NCBI GenBank assembly: GCA_012927585.1
Contig: JABBOY010000026.1
Location: forward strand, 7,408 to 71,407
DNA length: 64,000 bases
Source of the DNA: Glaciimonas sp.
GTDB taxonomy: Bacteria; Pseudomonadota; Gammaproteobacteria; Burkholderiales; Burkholderiaceae_D
Direction of reading: 5' to 3'
Below the pieces are notes generated by a model. It did not search any database and was not told the origin of the DNA. It saw nothing but the letters and a program-made list of their open reading frames with translations. The position numbers were made by a program, and so were the translations under genes. Positions 53,204-61,842 of this stretch are shown piece after piece (the first letter of the stretch is position 1; the number at the start of each line of letters is the position of its first letter).

Positions 53204-53911
53204 TCATGCTACCTCAATGGTTGCTTGCATCATGTCGTGAGCGGCACCGCAATAAACAGTGCAGTACATCAGATAGCGCCCAGGGCGTTGAAATGTGAGC
53301 TCGGTCTCGGTGAGTCGCCCCGGCAGCAGACGCATCATGCGTGCACCGTTGCCGAACTGGATCGACGCACCGTGGGAAACGTCCAGCGCCATCATCCTGA
53401 AACGATAAGGCTGCCCCATATCCAGGCGCAGGATGTTGGGCTGGTAGTACCACTTGCCTGCAGTCATGAGCACCTCGATCGGCTGGCTATCAACCGCTGC
53501 TGGTAGGGCAATGCCCTGTCCGGCGGAGCCCATCGCCATATCTTGCATGGTGCCATGCCCGGCGTGCGGATCGTTATTACGGATTGGCGCAACTTCTAGC
53601 CGGCGCGGGTACACGCTACCGTCGGGCAGGCGGAAGCGTTCACTGAATTCAGCGCTCATGCGGCTGAACTCTTCGGGACTGGGGCCCTTGGCAGCAACGC
53701 CATGACCGCCATGACCACCTTCTGACAGCTTGACTTGGGGCTGAGCAGCGCCTTCGGCATGGGTTTCATTGCGTGCGCCGTCCAGTCCGAGCAATGCCAG
53801 CGGTCCAGGGGCGGCGCCATAGGCAGCCCATAATCCATACAGGCTGACGCCGCCAAAACCGGCAGCAGCAATAAAGGCGCGCCGGGTTGTGAAGTGTTTT
53901 GTATCTTTCAT
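53204..53911 (-). CDS. CuA-containing cupredoxin (oxidase subunit II-like) with Tat signal
   Basis: TTRRAF twin-arginine motif, DVSHG and CTVYCGAAHDMM CuA ligands, His/Met-rich linker. Confidence 0.85.
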   Translation of the reverse strand: MKDTKHFTTRRAFIAAAGFGGVSLYGLWAAYGAAPGPLALLGLDGARNETHAEGAAQPQVKLSEGGHGGHGVAAKGPSPEEFSRMSAEFSERFRLPDGSVYPRRLEVAPIRNNDPHAGHGTMQDMAMGSAGQGIALPAAVDSQPIEVLMTAGKWYYQPNILRLDMGQPYRFRMMALDVSHGASIQFGNGARMMRLLPGRLTETELTFQRPGRYLMYCTVYCGAAHDMMQATIEVA

Positions 53912-53993
53912 TGGGTTCTTCCAAGACAGTAATAAATATCAATGGAGTGCAAGTTCCAGCAGCCTAGTGTAAGAAAAAGAAGGAAACGAGAAC

Positions 53994-54022
53994 ATGACAA
54001 CAAGATTACAGTTTTGTAATCT
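53994..54022. promoter_or_regulatory. CopR/CusR-like box upstream of the oxidase-like operon
   Basis: AGATTACA-GTTT-TGTAATCT perfect palindrome (54003-54022) plus ATGACA half-site 11 bp from ATTACA. Confidence 0.55.
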
Positions 54023-54145
54023 ATGCTCCATGTTCATGCCAGGAGCCCGTAAAATGGGAAAACAACACACCATGCTTCGGCCATTCTGAGCATCAATAAG
54101 AGAGTGCAATAATCTTTGCTGCGGCTATGGCCGCATAAATGGAAA

Positions 54146-54188
54146 TGAGGACGACCTCAGCGCTCCATTACCGCTCGGGGACGGCCCC
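54146..54188 (+). promoter_or_regulatory. Guanidine-II (mini-ykkC) riboswitch
   Basis: Two hairpins with ACGR loops: TGAGG-ACGA-CCTCA and GGGG-ACGG-CCCC, directly upstream of sugE. Confidence 0.92.
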
Positions 54189-54211
54189 ATTTATCAAGAA
54201 TGGAGTGAACA

Positions 54212-54532
54212 ATGGCCTGGATTATTCTGGTTCTGGCAGGGCTGTTTGAAATTGTGTGGGCAATTGGGCTTAAATACACCGAAGGCTTCACCCGTCTGTG
54301 GCCCAGTATCGGCACTGTGGTGGCGATGTTGATTAGCTTCGGCTTACTGGGTATCGCCCTGAAATCGCTACCAGTGGGAACCGCTTACGCAGTGTGGGTC
54401 GGGGTCGGTGCGGTCGGTACGGTGATCCTCGGCATCGTATTGCTGGATGAGCCGGCAAACCCCGCCAAGCTCATTAGCGTGGCGCTGATTATCATCGGTA
54501 TCATCGGGCTGAAACTGGCTACGCCGAGTTAA
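54212..54532 (+). CDS. sugE: SMR-family guanidinium exporter Gdx (SugE)
   Basis: [40 protein letters not shown]; riboswitch upstream. Confidence 0.95.
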   Translation: MAWIILVLAGLFEIVWAIGLKYTEGFTRLWPSIGTVVAMLISFGLLGIALKSLPVGTAYAVWVGVGAVGTVILGIVLLDEPANPAKLISVALIIIGIIGLKLATPS

Positions 54533-54683
54533 AAAAATGAAAATAAATTCCCGCTAGCAGCACCCCTGATAACCCAAGAAGTCAAGGGAGGAGAAAAATC
54601 CAAAACAGGAAATAACGCAATATAAACTTAATGTAATTCATCCCGAAATACGCTAACTAGCGGTTTCATAAGAGGTTTTTAAA

Positions 54684-54718
54684 CTATCCACAACAACTGT
54701 GGATAACTTTGTGGATAA
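54684..54718. promoter_or_regulatory. Three-DnaA-box cluster (DARS-like geometry)
   Basis: CTATCCACA-N5-TGTGGATAA-N3-TGTGGATAA (one near-consensus box opposed to two perfect boxes). Confidence 0.75.
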
Positions 54719-54802
54719 CTCCCCCTTGACAGGCCGCGGCGCAAGCAATTACGCGGGTTTCAATAAAATGCTTAATCCGTTTGCAATAAAAAAAACATTT
54801 AA

Positions 54803-54815
54803 AATCAACTACTTG
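54803..54815 (+). promoter_or_regulatory. IHF consensus site
   Basis: AATCAA-CTAC-TTG = WATCAA-N4-TTR, preceded by an A-tract. Confidence 0.5.
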
Positions 54816-54910
54816 GAAAATCGAATTGAAGAGTAAAAAAAATATTTAAATATTTTTATGCTTGCATTATTTGTGCATAAGTGTTTTTTTATGACGGCAT
54901 TTCACACCGG

Positions 54911-55230
54911 TTACCAGCACCTTTGAGGTGCCCCGAGAAATGGATTCAGCTTGACCATGTAGGCCCTGAAGTGTCCGGGCAAATACGTGGCGGTGACTCC
55001 ATATTCATTTTCTCGCTTCGCCGTCTTCCGTTGAACATCGTTCAGGAAAATTCCGATATGGGGAAGTCCGGTATCAGTAAAGCGGTTGCAAAGATATTTG
55101 TCCATGAAAGCCTTATCAACTCGATCTTTGCTGGACGCTCTCACTGAGCCAATTATTTTCAATTCGTCGTCTTTACCCGCCAATCAAACGAATTTGATGC
55201 AAGCGCCGATTCGGGTGCTCGTATTGCAGT
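54911..55230 (-). pseudogene. Gene fragment, possibly a PD-(D/E)xK restriction-endonuclease remnant
   Basis: Protein-like stretch (FDW)..AGKDDELKIIGSVRASSKDRVDKAFMDK..PHIGIFLNDVQRK with no proper start and frame breaks; family assignment is from memory only. Confidence 0.3.
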
Positions 55231-55283
55231 TGAAAACCTTCCGTTACAGACTCAAATCCACGCGGTCCCGCTCGCAGGGACAT

Positions 55284-56081
55284 CTATCTTGATAAACAAC
55301 GACACCGCAGACGTGCAACCAATTGCGGCAAATCCAGTTGGGTACGCAGACTGCTGGCTTCAGCCCTTTGCAGCAATTGTGGTCGAAAATCATGTTGGCA
55401 TTCATTAACGTCATCCTCGCCACCATTGATGGCAAAGACAATCCGGTTACCGCCGCCTTCGGCGCGGCACCAGCAAACCCGCAAATCGAACTCTGCATGC
55501 AGGCATTGCATGCAAAATGGCAACTGGAGGTCGCGATCGATGATGTTGGCAACCAGCACACCGTGCGGATTGAGCGCGCGCCGGCAGGCCGCATAAAAAT
55601 GCGCCGAACATAACTCCGGCGGCAAGCCCTCCGCGCCGAAACCGTCCAGTAGCAACACATCGATATCCTGCGCAGCACTTTCCATGAAGACTGCTGCATC
55701 AGCATGGATGACCCGCAAGCGCGCATCATCAGGTGGAATCAAAAATTGGTCGCGCAGCGCAATCACGTCGGCGTCCAGTTCCAGCACAGTGATACGGGTA
55801 TCGGGCAAATAGCGATAACAGAACTTGACCATCGAGCCGCCGCCCAGCCCGACCATCAGCAAGTGCTTTGGCATTGGCTGAAACAGCAGGAACCCCATCA
55901 TGGCGCGGGTATAACTGAACACCAATTCATCCGGTGCCGAGACCCGCATTTCACTCTGGATCGCGACCCCGTTAAAATGCAGGGATAACAGGTCGCCCTG
56001 ACGCTGAATGAACGGTTTTCCGCCAGCCTCTTCCAACAAGTAGATTAAATCGTCGAAATAGGTCTTGAATGGCTTGGGCAT
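55284..56081 (-). CDS. Spermidine synthase-like SAM-dependent methyltransferase
   Basis: QSEMR, YTRAMM, LMVGLGGGS, VLELD, LLDGF; start trimmed to MPKPF. Confidence 0.85.
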   Translation of the reverse strand: MPKPFKTYFDDLIYLLEEAGGKPFIQRQGDLLSLHFNGVAIQSEMRVSAPDELVFSYTRAMMGFLLFQPMPKHLLMVGLGGGSMVKFCYRYLPDTRITVLELDADVIALRDQFLIPPDDARLRVIHADAAVFMESAAQDIDVLLLDGFGAEGLPPELCSAHFYAACRRALNPHGVLVANIIDRDLQLPFCMQCLHAEFDLRVCWCRAEGGGNRIVFAINGGEDDVNECQHDFRPQLLQRAEASSLRTQLDLPQLVARLRCRCLSR

Positions 56082-56255
56082 CGGGCATCCTGTTGGTGAT
56101 GATTGCTTGGTTCGCGGTTCGCAATGGTGCGCTGAAGCGGCCCTGCAATGCAAGAATTACGGCAAAACAAAACGTATCGCCGATTTATCAGTAAAGTAAT
56201 GATTTTTTCAATACTCGTCAGCAACGCACATTTCACCTTGGGAATTCACACGTTT

Positions 56256-57626
56256 ATGGAATACGAAGTCGTCAATATCCAAATTTCACCGGAAGGTCGC
56301 CTGGAAGTCTTGTCCAAGGCCGAAGTCAATAAACTGCTCGACACCAGTCATGGCGGCCTATACACGCTGTTTCGCAACTGTTCGCTGGCGGTACTGAACT
56401 GCGGCAGCGATGTTGATAATGGCAAGGAATTGCTGGAGCGTTATCAATCTTTCGACATCAGCATTATCCAGCGCGAGCGCGGCATCAAACTGAACGTCAT
56501 GAACGCCCCTGCGATGGCCTTTGTCGACGGCAAAATGATCAAGGGCATTCACGACCATCTGTTTGCCGTGCTGCGCGACGTAATTTATGTCAACGACGAA
56601 ATCCATGACAACCCGAAATTCGATCTGAGTAGTGCGGATGGCGTCACCGATTCGGTCTTTCACGTATTGCGCAACGCTAATATTTTGCGCCCGTTAATCA
56701 ATCCGCAACTGGTGGTGTGCTGGGGTGGCCACTCGATCAACCACGAAGAATACGATTATTCCAAAAAAGTCGGCTATCAATTGGGCTTGCGCCATCTCGA
56801 CATTTGCACCGGTTGCGGCCCCGGCGCGATGAAAGGGCCAATGAAGGGCGCCACCATCGGCCATTCCAAGCAGCGCATCCATAGCGGCCGCTACATCGGC
56901 ATTTCCGAACCGGGCATCATCGCGGCCGAGGCCCCCAACGCGATTGTCAACGACCTGGTCATCATGCCCGATATCGAAAAGCGGCTGGAAGCTTTCGTGC
57001 GTGCCGGACATGGGATTGTGGTGTTTCCCGGCGGCGCCGGCACGGCAGAAGAAATCCTGTACATCCTGGGCATCCTGCTGCATCCCGACAATGCGGCGAT
57101 TCCGTTTCCGCTGATCTTCACCGGCCCGGAAAAATCGGCAGATTATTTCCGCCAAATCGACCAGTTCATCGGCGACACGCTGGGCAGTGCGGCGCAACAG
57201 CGTTACAAAATCATGATTAACGATCCAGTCGGCGTGGCGCAGGAAATGCTGGCGGGAATCAAGCAAGTGCGCGAATTCCGCAAGGAAAAAGGGGATGCCT
57301 ACTATTTCAATTGGCTATTGAAAATCGATGCCGAATTCCAGCGGCCGTTTATGCCCACTCACGACGCCATGCGCAGTCTGGAGTTGCACAAAAATCAGCC
57401 TAGCCATCTATTAGCGGCTAACCTGCGACGCGCTTTTTCCGGCATCGTGGCCGGCAATGTCAAGGATGATGGAATCCGCACCATTGAACGCCACGGCCGC
57501 TTCGAAATTCACGGCGACGCCGCCATCATGACATCAATGGATGGGCTGCTGACATCCTTTGTGGAGCAACACCGGATGAAATTACCGGGGAAGAAATACA
57601 CGCCTTGCTACCAAATCATCCAGTAA
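56256..57626 (+). CDS. ppnN: Nucleotide 5'-monophosphate nucleosidase (LOG family)
   Basis: VVCWGGHSI, CTGCGPGAMKGPMKGA, DIEKRLEAFVR, FPGGAGTAEE. Confidence 0.93.
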   Translation: MEYEVVNIQISPEGRLEVLSKAEVNKLLDTSHGGLYTLFRNCSLAVLNCGSDVDNGKELLERYQSFDISIIQRERGIKLNVMNAPAMAFVDGKMIKGIHDHLFAVLRDVIYVNDEIHDNPKFDLSSADGVTDSVFHVLRNANILRPLINPQLVVCWGGHSINHEEYDYSKKVGYQLGLRHLDICTGCGPGAMKGPMKGATIGHSKQRIHSGRYIGISEPGIIAAEAPNAIVNDLVIMPDIEKRLEAFVRAGHGIVVFPGGAGTAEEILYILGILLHPDNAAIPFPLIFTGPEKSADYFRQIDQFIGDTLGSAAQQRYKIMINDPVGVAQEMLAGIKQVREFRKEKGDAYYFNWLLKIDAEFQRPFMPTHDAMRSLELHKNQPSHLLAANLRRAFSGIVAGNVKDDGIRTIERHGRFEIHGDAAIMTSMDGLLTSFVEQHRMKLPGKKYTPCYQIIQ

Positions 57627-57689
57627 ACCTCAGACCATTTGCACGCCAAAACCTTCTCACGGCCGCTCATATTAATAATACTGGACGTT

Positions 57690-57747
57690 GTACAGCATAA
57701 AATAGACTCATTACCGCATTATTTCTGGGACACTTGTAAAATACTCC
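57690..57747 (+). repeat. AT-rich dispersed element copy 6 (most degenerate left half)
   Basis: GTAC-N20-CCGCAT(57714)-N21-ATACTCC; right end is the reverse complement of GGAGTAT. Confidence 0.5.
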
Positions 57748-57814
57748 ATAGTATATTTATTTAAAACTAATTCTTTAATGCACTATGCGAAACGTCAAAA
57801 CAGAAGCGGGTTTT

Positions 57815-57882
57815 GCAGGAGCGCACCTGGGCGCGAAAGCAGTCTCAAGACTGCATCCATTGATCGCGCCCGGGTGCGCTCC
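57815..57882. repeat. Degenerate REP doublet, family C
   Basis: GCAGGAGCGCACCTGGGCGCGA ... TCGCGCCCGGGTGCGCTCC (19-bp arms, one mismatch) enclosing a GCAGTC-TCAA-GACTGC hairpin. Confidence 0.65.
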
Positions 57883-57953
57883 AAAGTCGTACTATTTCGT
57901 TCTTAATTGCCATGCCAGCTAAATAGTTACAAAAAAACAGCGTCTAAAACACC

Positions 57954-58364
57954 ATGCACACACCCGCCATCACCATAGTCGAGCACGAAGTCGAGATCAG
58001 CGCGATCCGCGCCCAAGGTGCCGGCGGCCAAAACGTCAACAAGGTATCGAGCGCAATTCACCTGCGCTTCGACATTGCGACGTCATCGCTGCCGGAGCAC
58101 ATCAAAGAACGCTTACAGAAGTTGAACGATCAACGCATCACCAAAGATGGCGTGGTTGTCATCAAGGCGCAGACGCACCGCAGCCAGGAGAAAAACAAGG
58201 GAGAGGCAATGCAGCGCTTGCAGGAACTGGTCGACAGTGTGGCGGTGCTGCCGAAACATCGCAGGCCAACCAAGCCGACCCGCAGTTCGCAACGCAAGCG
58301 CCTCGATAGCAAAGCCACGCATGGCATCCTCAAGCGTGCGCGCGGCAAGATCAGCGGGGTTTGA
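57954..58364 (+). CDS. arfB: Alternative ribosome rescue factor B (peptidyl-tRNA hydrolase)
   Basis: GAGGQNVNKVSS, RSQEKN, basic C-terminal tail. Confidence 0.95.
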   Translation: MHTPAITIVEHEVEISAIRAQGAGGQNVNKVSSAIHLRFDIATSSLPEHIKERLQKLNDQRITKDGVVVIKAQTHRSQEKNKGEAMQRLQELVDSVAVLPKHRRPTKPTRSSQRKRLDSKATHGILKRARGKISGV

Positions 58365-58402
58365 GCAAAATGTTTAATGCTGAAATTTAACGACTTATTA
58401 CA

Positions 58403-58705
58403 TTACCGCCTGTATTTGCCGGAATAAATATCCTGCCCAGCTTCATTGATCTGGCGGCGCAGTGCGCTACGCTCTTCCGGCGACAAGCGACTATTATTCC
58501 TTGACGGTGCGTGCCCATTCGCATCAGACCCATTCTGCTCGCTACGGACTCCACGCTGGGCGTCACGCTCCGCTTCATATCTTTGCTGTGCCTGATCCTG
58601 CTGGCGCTCTGCCCGCGCCCGCCCTTGGCCCGGGTCGGCGTAGACGCTCGCCGCTCCTGCCAGTAGCAGTAGTGCGAGAAAAATGCTTTTGCATGGTATC
58701 TTCAT
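58403..58705 (-). CDS. Hypothetical exported protein
   Basis: Signal peptide MKIPCKSIFLALLLLAGAASVYA; RLSPEERSALRRQINEAG motif; divergent from ompR. Confidence 0.7.
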   Translation of the reverse strand: MKIPCKSIFLALLLLAGAASVYADPGQGRARAERQQDQAQQRYEAERDAQRGVRSEQNGSDANGHAPSRNNSRLSPEERSALRRQINEAGQDIYSGKYRR

Positions 58706-58864
58706 TACGATTTCTTTCAGATTGCCGACTTGACTTTGCCGCATGAATTCCAGTGTAGGCCGCTTTTCCCCTGGCTCTAAGCGCCATACGGTAAAGTATG
58801 TAACTGTTTGTAATGCCTGGTGAATTTGCATTTTCATAGTACCTTTCCGACGTTACCATGCAAC

Positions 58865-59644
58865 ATGAATAAAATAAACTCCACCATGCCACCGCATACC
58901 CAGACCAGCACACAAACCAACAATGCCCATCAGTCCAAAATCCTGGTAGTGGACGACGACATTCGGCTGCGCGATCTGCTGCGCCGCTACCTGACTGAGC
59001 AAGGCTTTCACGTTGTCACGGCCGAACACGCCACAGCCATGAACAAGTTATGGCTGCGCGAGCGCTACGATCTGCTGGTGCTTGACTTGATGCTGCCGGG
59101 AGAAGACGGGCTTTCGATCTGTCGCCGACTGCGCGGCGCCGGCGACGACACACCAATCATCATGCTGACCGCCAAAGGCGAGGATATCGATCGCATCATC
59201 GGCCTGGAAATGGGTGCTGACGATTACTTGCCCAAGCCGTTCAACCCACGCGAACTGGTGGCGCGCATTAACGCGGTGCTGCGCCGCAAAGGCCCCGACG
59301 AGATCCCGGGCGCGCCATCCGGCACCCCGCAAACCTTCGAATTCGGCAGTTTCGTACTTGACTTGGCAACCCGCTCGCTGAAGAAGAATGGCGAAACAAT
59401 TGCGCTCACGACCGGCGAATTCTCAGTGCTGAAAGTCTTTGCCCGCCACGCCAGGCAACCGCTATCGCGCGAAAAGCTGATGGAAATGGCGCGCGGCCGC
59501 GAATATGAAGCGTTCGATCGCAGCCTCGACGTCCAGATTTCGCGCCTGCGCAAGCTGATCGAGCCGGACCCATCCAATCCGCTGTACATCCAGACTGTCT
59601 GGGGCTTGGGATATGTATTCATTCCCGAAGGCCAGCCGCGCTAG
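58865..59644 (+). CDS. ompR: OmpR-family response regulator (OmpR/RisA-like)
   Basis: ILVVDDD, VLDLMLPGEDG, KPFNPRELVARI, winged helix YIQTVWGLGY; start uncertain. Confidence 0.9.
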   Translation: MNKINSTMPPHTQTSTQTNNAHQSKILVVDDDIRLRDLLRRYLTEQGFHVVTAEHATAMNKLWLRERYDLLVLDLMLPGEDGLSICRRLRGAGDDTPIIMLTAKGEDIDRIIGLEMGADDYLPKPFNPRELVARINAVLRRKGPDEIPGAPSGTPQTFEFGSFVLDLATRSLKKNGETIALTTGEFSVLKVFARHARQPLSREKLMEMARGREYEAFDRSLDVQISRLRKLIEPDPSNPLYIQTVWGLGYVFIPEGQPR

Positions 59645-59661
59645 CGCGCCCGGCAAGATCG

Positions 59662-60996
59662 ATGCACCTTACCGATAAACGGTTCAACTGGCTGCACAGC
59701 GGCTTGTTCTGGCGCACTTTTCTGCTGCTGGCGATTTTGATGATGACCAGCATGACGGTCTGGATCAGCTCTTACCGCCTGCTCGAACGCGAGCCTCGCG
59801 CCCGCCAACTGGCTGCCCAAGTGGTTTCCATCGTCACCATCACGCGCGCGGCGTTGACCCATTCAGCTCCCGATTTGCGACGCGAATTGCTGTTCGACCT
59901 GGCCAGCAATGAAGGCATTCGCATCTATCCGCTTGAGCGCAGCGACCGGGTGGAACCCGTTCCCGATAGCGAAATCGGACTCGCGCTGCAAGAAAACATT
60001 CGCGGTACGCTGGGCCAGAACACCCGTTTCGCGGGTGATGTCAATGACGTTGCCGGTTTCTGGATCAGTTTTAGTATCGAAGACGATGCGTACTGGCTCA
60101 TGCTGGAAAGGGACCGCATCGAAAATTTCACCAATCTGCAATTGCTGGGCTGGGGCGCCAGCGTCTTTGGATTATCTCTGCTGGGCGCGCTTTTCATCTC
60201 CGGCCTGATCAACCAACCGCTGGCCAGATTGACCGCCGCTGCCCGCGCCATCGCAAAAGGCAAGCAAATGGCGCCGCTGCCGGAACAAGGCCCAACTGAA
60301 ATCAGGGAAGCCAACCGCAGCTTCAACCAGATGGTCGATGACCTGAATCAGATCGAATCGGATCGCGCCGTGATTCTGGCCGGCATTTCGCATGATCTGC
60401 GCACGCCAATCACCAGAATGCAACTCGAAATCGAGATGGCGCCTTTGTCTGCCGAAGCCAGGCAGGGCATGTCGGACGACATTGCCCAGATGGACGCCAT
60501 CATTGGGCAATTTCTCGATTACGCCAGGCCGGCAGATGCCAATAGCTTTTCTTCGGTCGATTTATCCGCCCTGTTGCACGACTGCATCGGGCAAGCAGAA
60601 CGCTTGCCCGACGTAAACATCAGGCCCCGAATCAGTAACCCAATGCAAGTGACAGGCAATCAAACCGATCTCAAACGCGTTGTTAACAATCTGATAGAAA
60701 ATGCGCGCCGCTATGGCAAGACGGCCGGCACAGACATCGCCGAGATCGATATCCATAGTTACCTTGACAGCGGAAAATCGATCCTGGAAATCACCGATCA
60801 CGGCGCCGGTGTGCCGGATGCGGAAATCGATCGCCTGCTACGGCCGTTTACCCGCATGGATACCGCCCGTGGACAAGCTAACGGTGCCGGCTTGGGGCTG
60901 GCAATTGTGCAACGTATTATCAAGCGCCACGGCGGCCAACTGCAATTAAGTCGCGGCAAGGATGGCCGGGGACTGGCGATCAGAATTATTTTTTAA
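59662..60996 (+). CDS. EnvZ/RisS-like sensor histidine kinase
   Basis: Two TMs, HAMP, ISHDLRTP, NLIENA, DHGAG, GAGLGLAIV. Confidence 0.92.
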   Translation: MHLTDKRFNWLHSGLFWRTFLLLAILMMTSMTVWISSYRLLEREPRARQLAAQVVSIVTITRAALTHSAPDLRRELLFDLASNEGIRIYPLERSDRVEPVPDSEIGLALQENIRGTLGQNTRFAGDVNDVAGFWISFSIEDDAYWLMLERDRIENFTNLQLLGWGASVFGLSLLGALFISGLINQPLARLTAAARAIAKGKQMAPLPEQGPTEIREANRSFNQMVDDLNQIESDRAVILAGISHDLRTPITRMQLEIEMAPLSAEARQGMSDDIAQMDAIIGQFLDYARPADANSFSSVDLSALLHDCIGQAERLPDVNIRPRISNPMQVTGNQTDLKRVVNNLIENARRYGKTAGTDIAEIDIHSYLDSGKSILEITDHGAGVPDAEIDRLLRPFTRMDTARGQANGAGLGLAIVQRIIKRHGGQLQLSRGKDGRGLAIRIIF

Positions 60997-61017
60997 AGAC
61001 GCCGTATCTATCTGGAA

Positions 61018-61036
61018 TTCCGGCCCTCCGCCGGAA
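61018..61036. terminator. Hairpin between convergent kinase and ferritin-like genes
   Basis: TTCCGGC-CCTCC-GCCGGAA. Confidence 0.45.
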
Positions 61037-61054
61037 GAATTTATACTTTTTAAC

Positions 61055-61360
61055 TCAGCCTTCCGGGTCTTGGTGCTGGCCGGTAATCGGGCCGGCTTTG
61101 AACAGTGCATCGTGCAATTCATGATCCATTTTCGGGTCGCGGCGACGGATCCACTCCAGGATCATCGCAGCATGCTCTTTTTCTTCGTCGCGATTGTGCG
61201 CCAGGATCAGCTTGAGTTGCGGATCGGTACAGGCATCGACACGCTGGTTGTACCAGTCCACTGCTTCTAGTTCTTCCATCAGCGAAGTAAGGGCGCGGTG
61301 CATGTCCATGGTTGGCGCAGTGAGTTTGTCGATCGGTTCGTGGTAGCCTTCATTTGACAT
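61055..61360 (-). CDS. Encapsulin-type ferritin-like protein (EncFtn/Flp)
   Basis: MSNEGYHEP, LMEELEAVDWYNQR, HNRDEEKEHAAM, EWIRR. Confidence 0.9.
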   Translation of the reverse strand: MSNEGYHEPIDKLTAPTMDMHRALTSLMEELEAVDWYNQRVDACTDPQLKLILAHNRDEEKEHAAMILEWIRRRDPKMDHELHDALFKAGPITGQHQDPEG

Positions 61361-61441
61361 TCGGTGCTCCTTTTTCAAGTTAAAAATGGCGGCTTGCAGG
61401 AACGCCGTAAAGCGTTTTTTCAAACCACGTTGTGCGTGTTC

Positions 61442-61711
61442 TCAAATACCCATGCGATTCAGGATTTGGCCCAACTCCCTCAGGATCGGTTCCAGTTGCG
61501 GGTGCCGTGCAGCAAATTGGGCTGAAATGGCTTGCGAGCGATCTATCAACTCGTCTGTGATGGTGGTGTCCGTTGTGTCTTTCTCCAACAATTTATGGAT
61601 GTCATTGTCCAGTACCCGCAGGATTTCCTTCAGCTCGGGATCGACGTTTTCGGCTGTCTCCAGATTGGCATGCAGCCTTGTTAGTGTCTGTTTCAGGCTA
61701 TTTGTATTCAT
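61442..61711 (-). CDS. DUF4404-family protein
   Basis: Helical protein ending F..RHPQL...LRELGQILNRMGI. Confidence 0.8.
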   Translation of the reverse strand: MNTNSLKQTLTRLHANLETAENVDPELKEILRVLDNDIHKLLEKDTTDTTITDELIDRSQAISAQFAARHPQLEPILRELGQILNRMGI

Positions 61712-61842
61712 GATGTCCTCGGTCGTGGTGGTGTGGCTGCAACAGTAGTGATTTTAATAGAATGGCTTCAATACCTCGCATACCGGCTTGTCAGCATTTA
61801 ACCAAAATTTCAAGCGACTGGGAAGATTTATCGCAACTGCGC

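Noticed and set aside
54684-54900. Chromosomal oriC
   Set aside because: Only three boxes, no dnaA/dnaN/gidA/rpmH nearby and no clear 13-mer array; reported as DARS-like instead, though not excluded without genome context.
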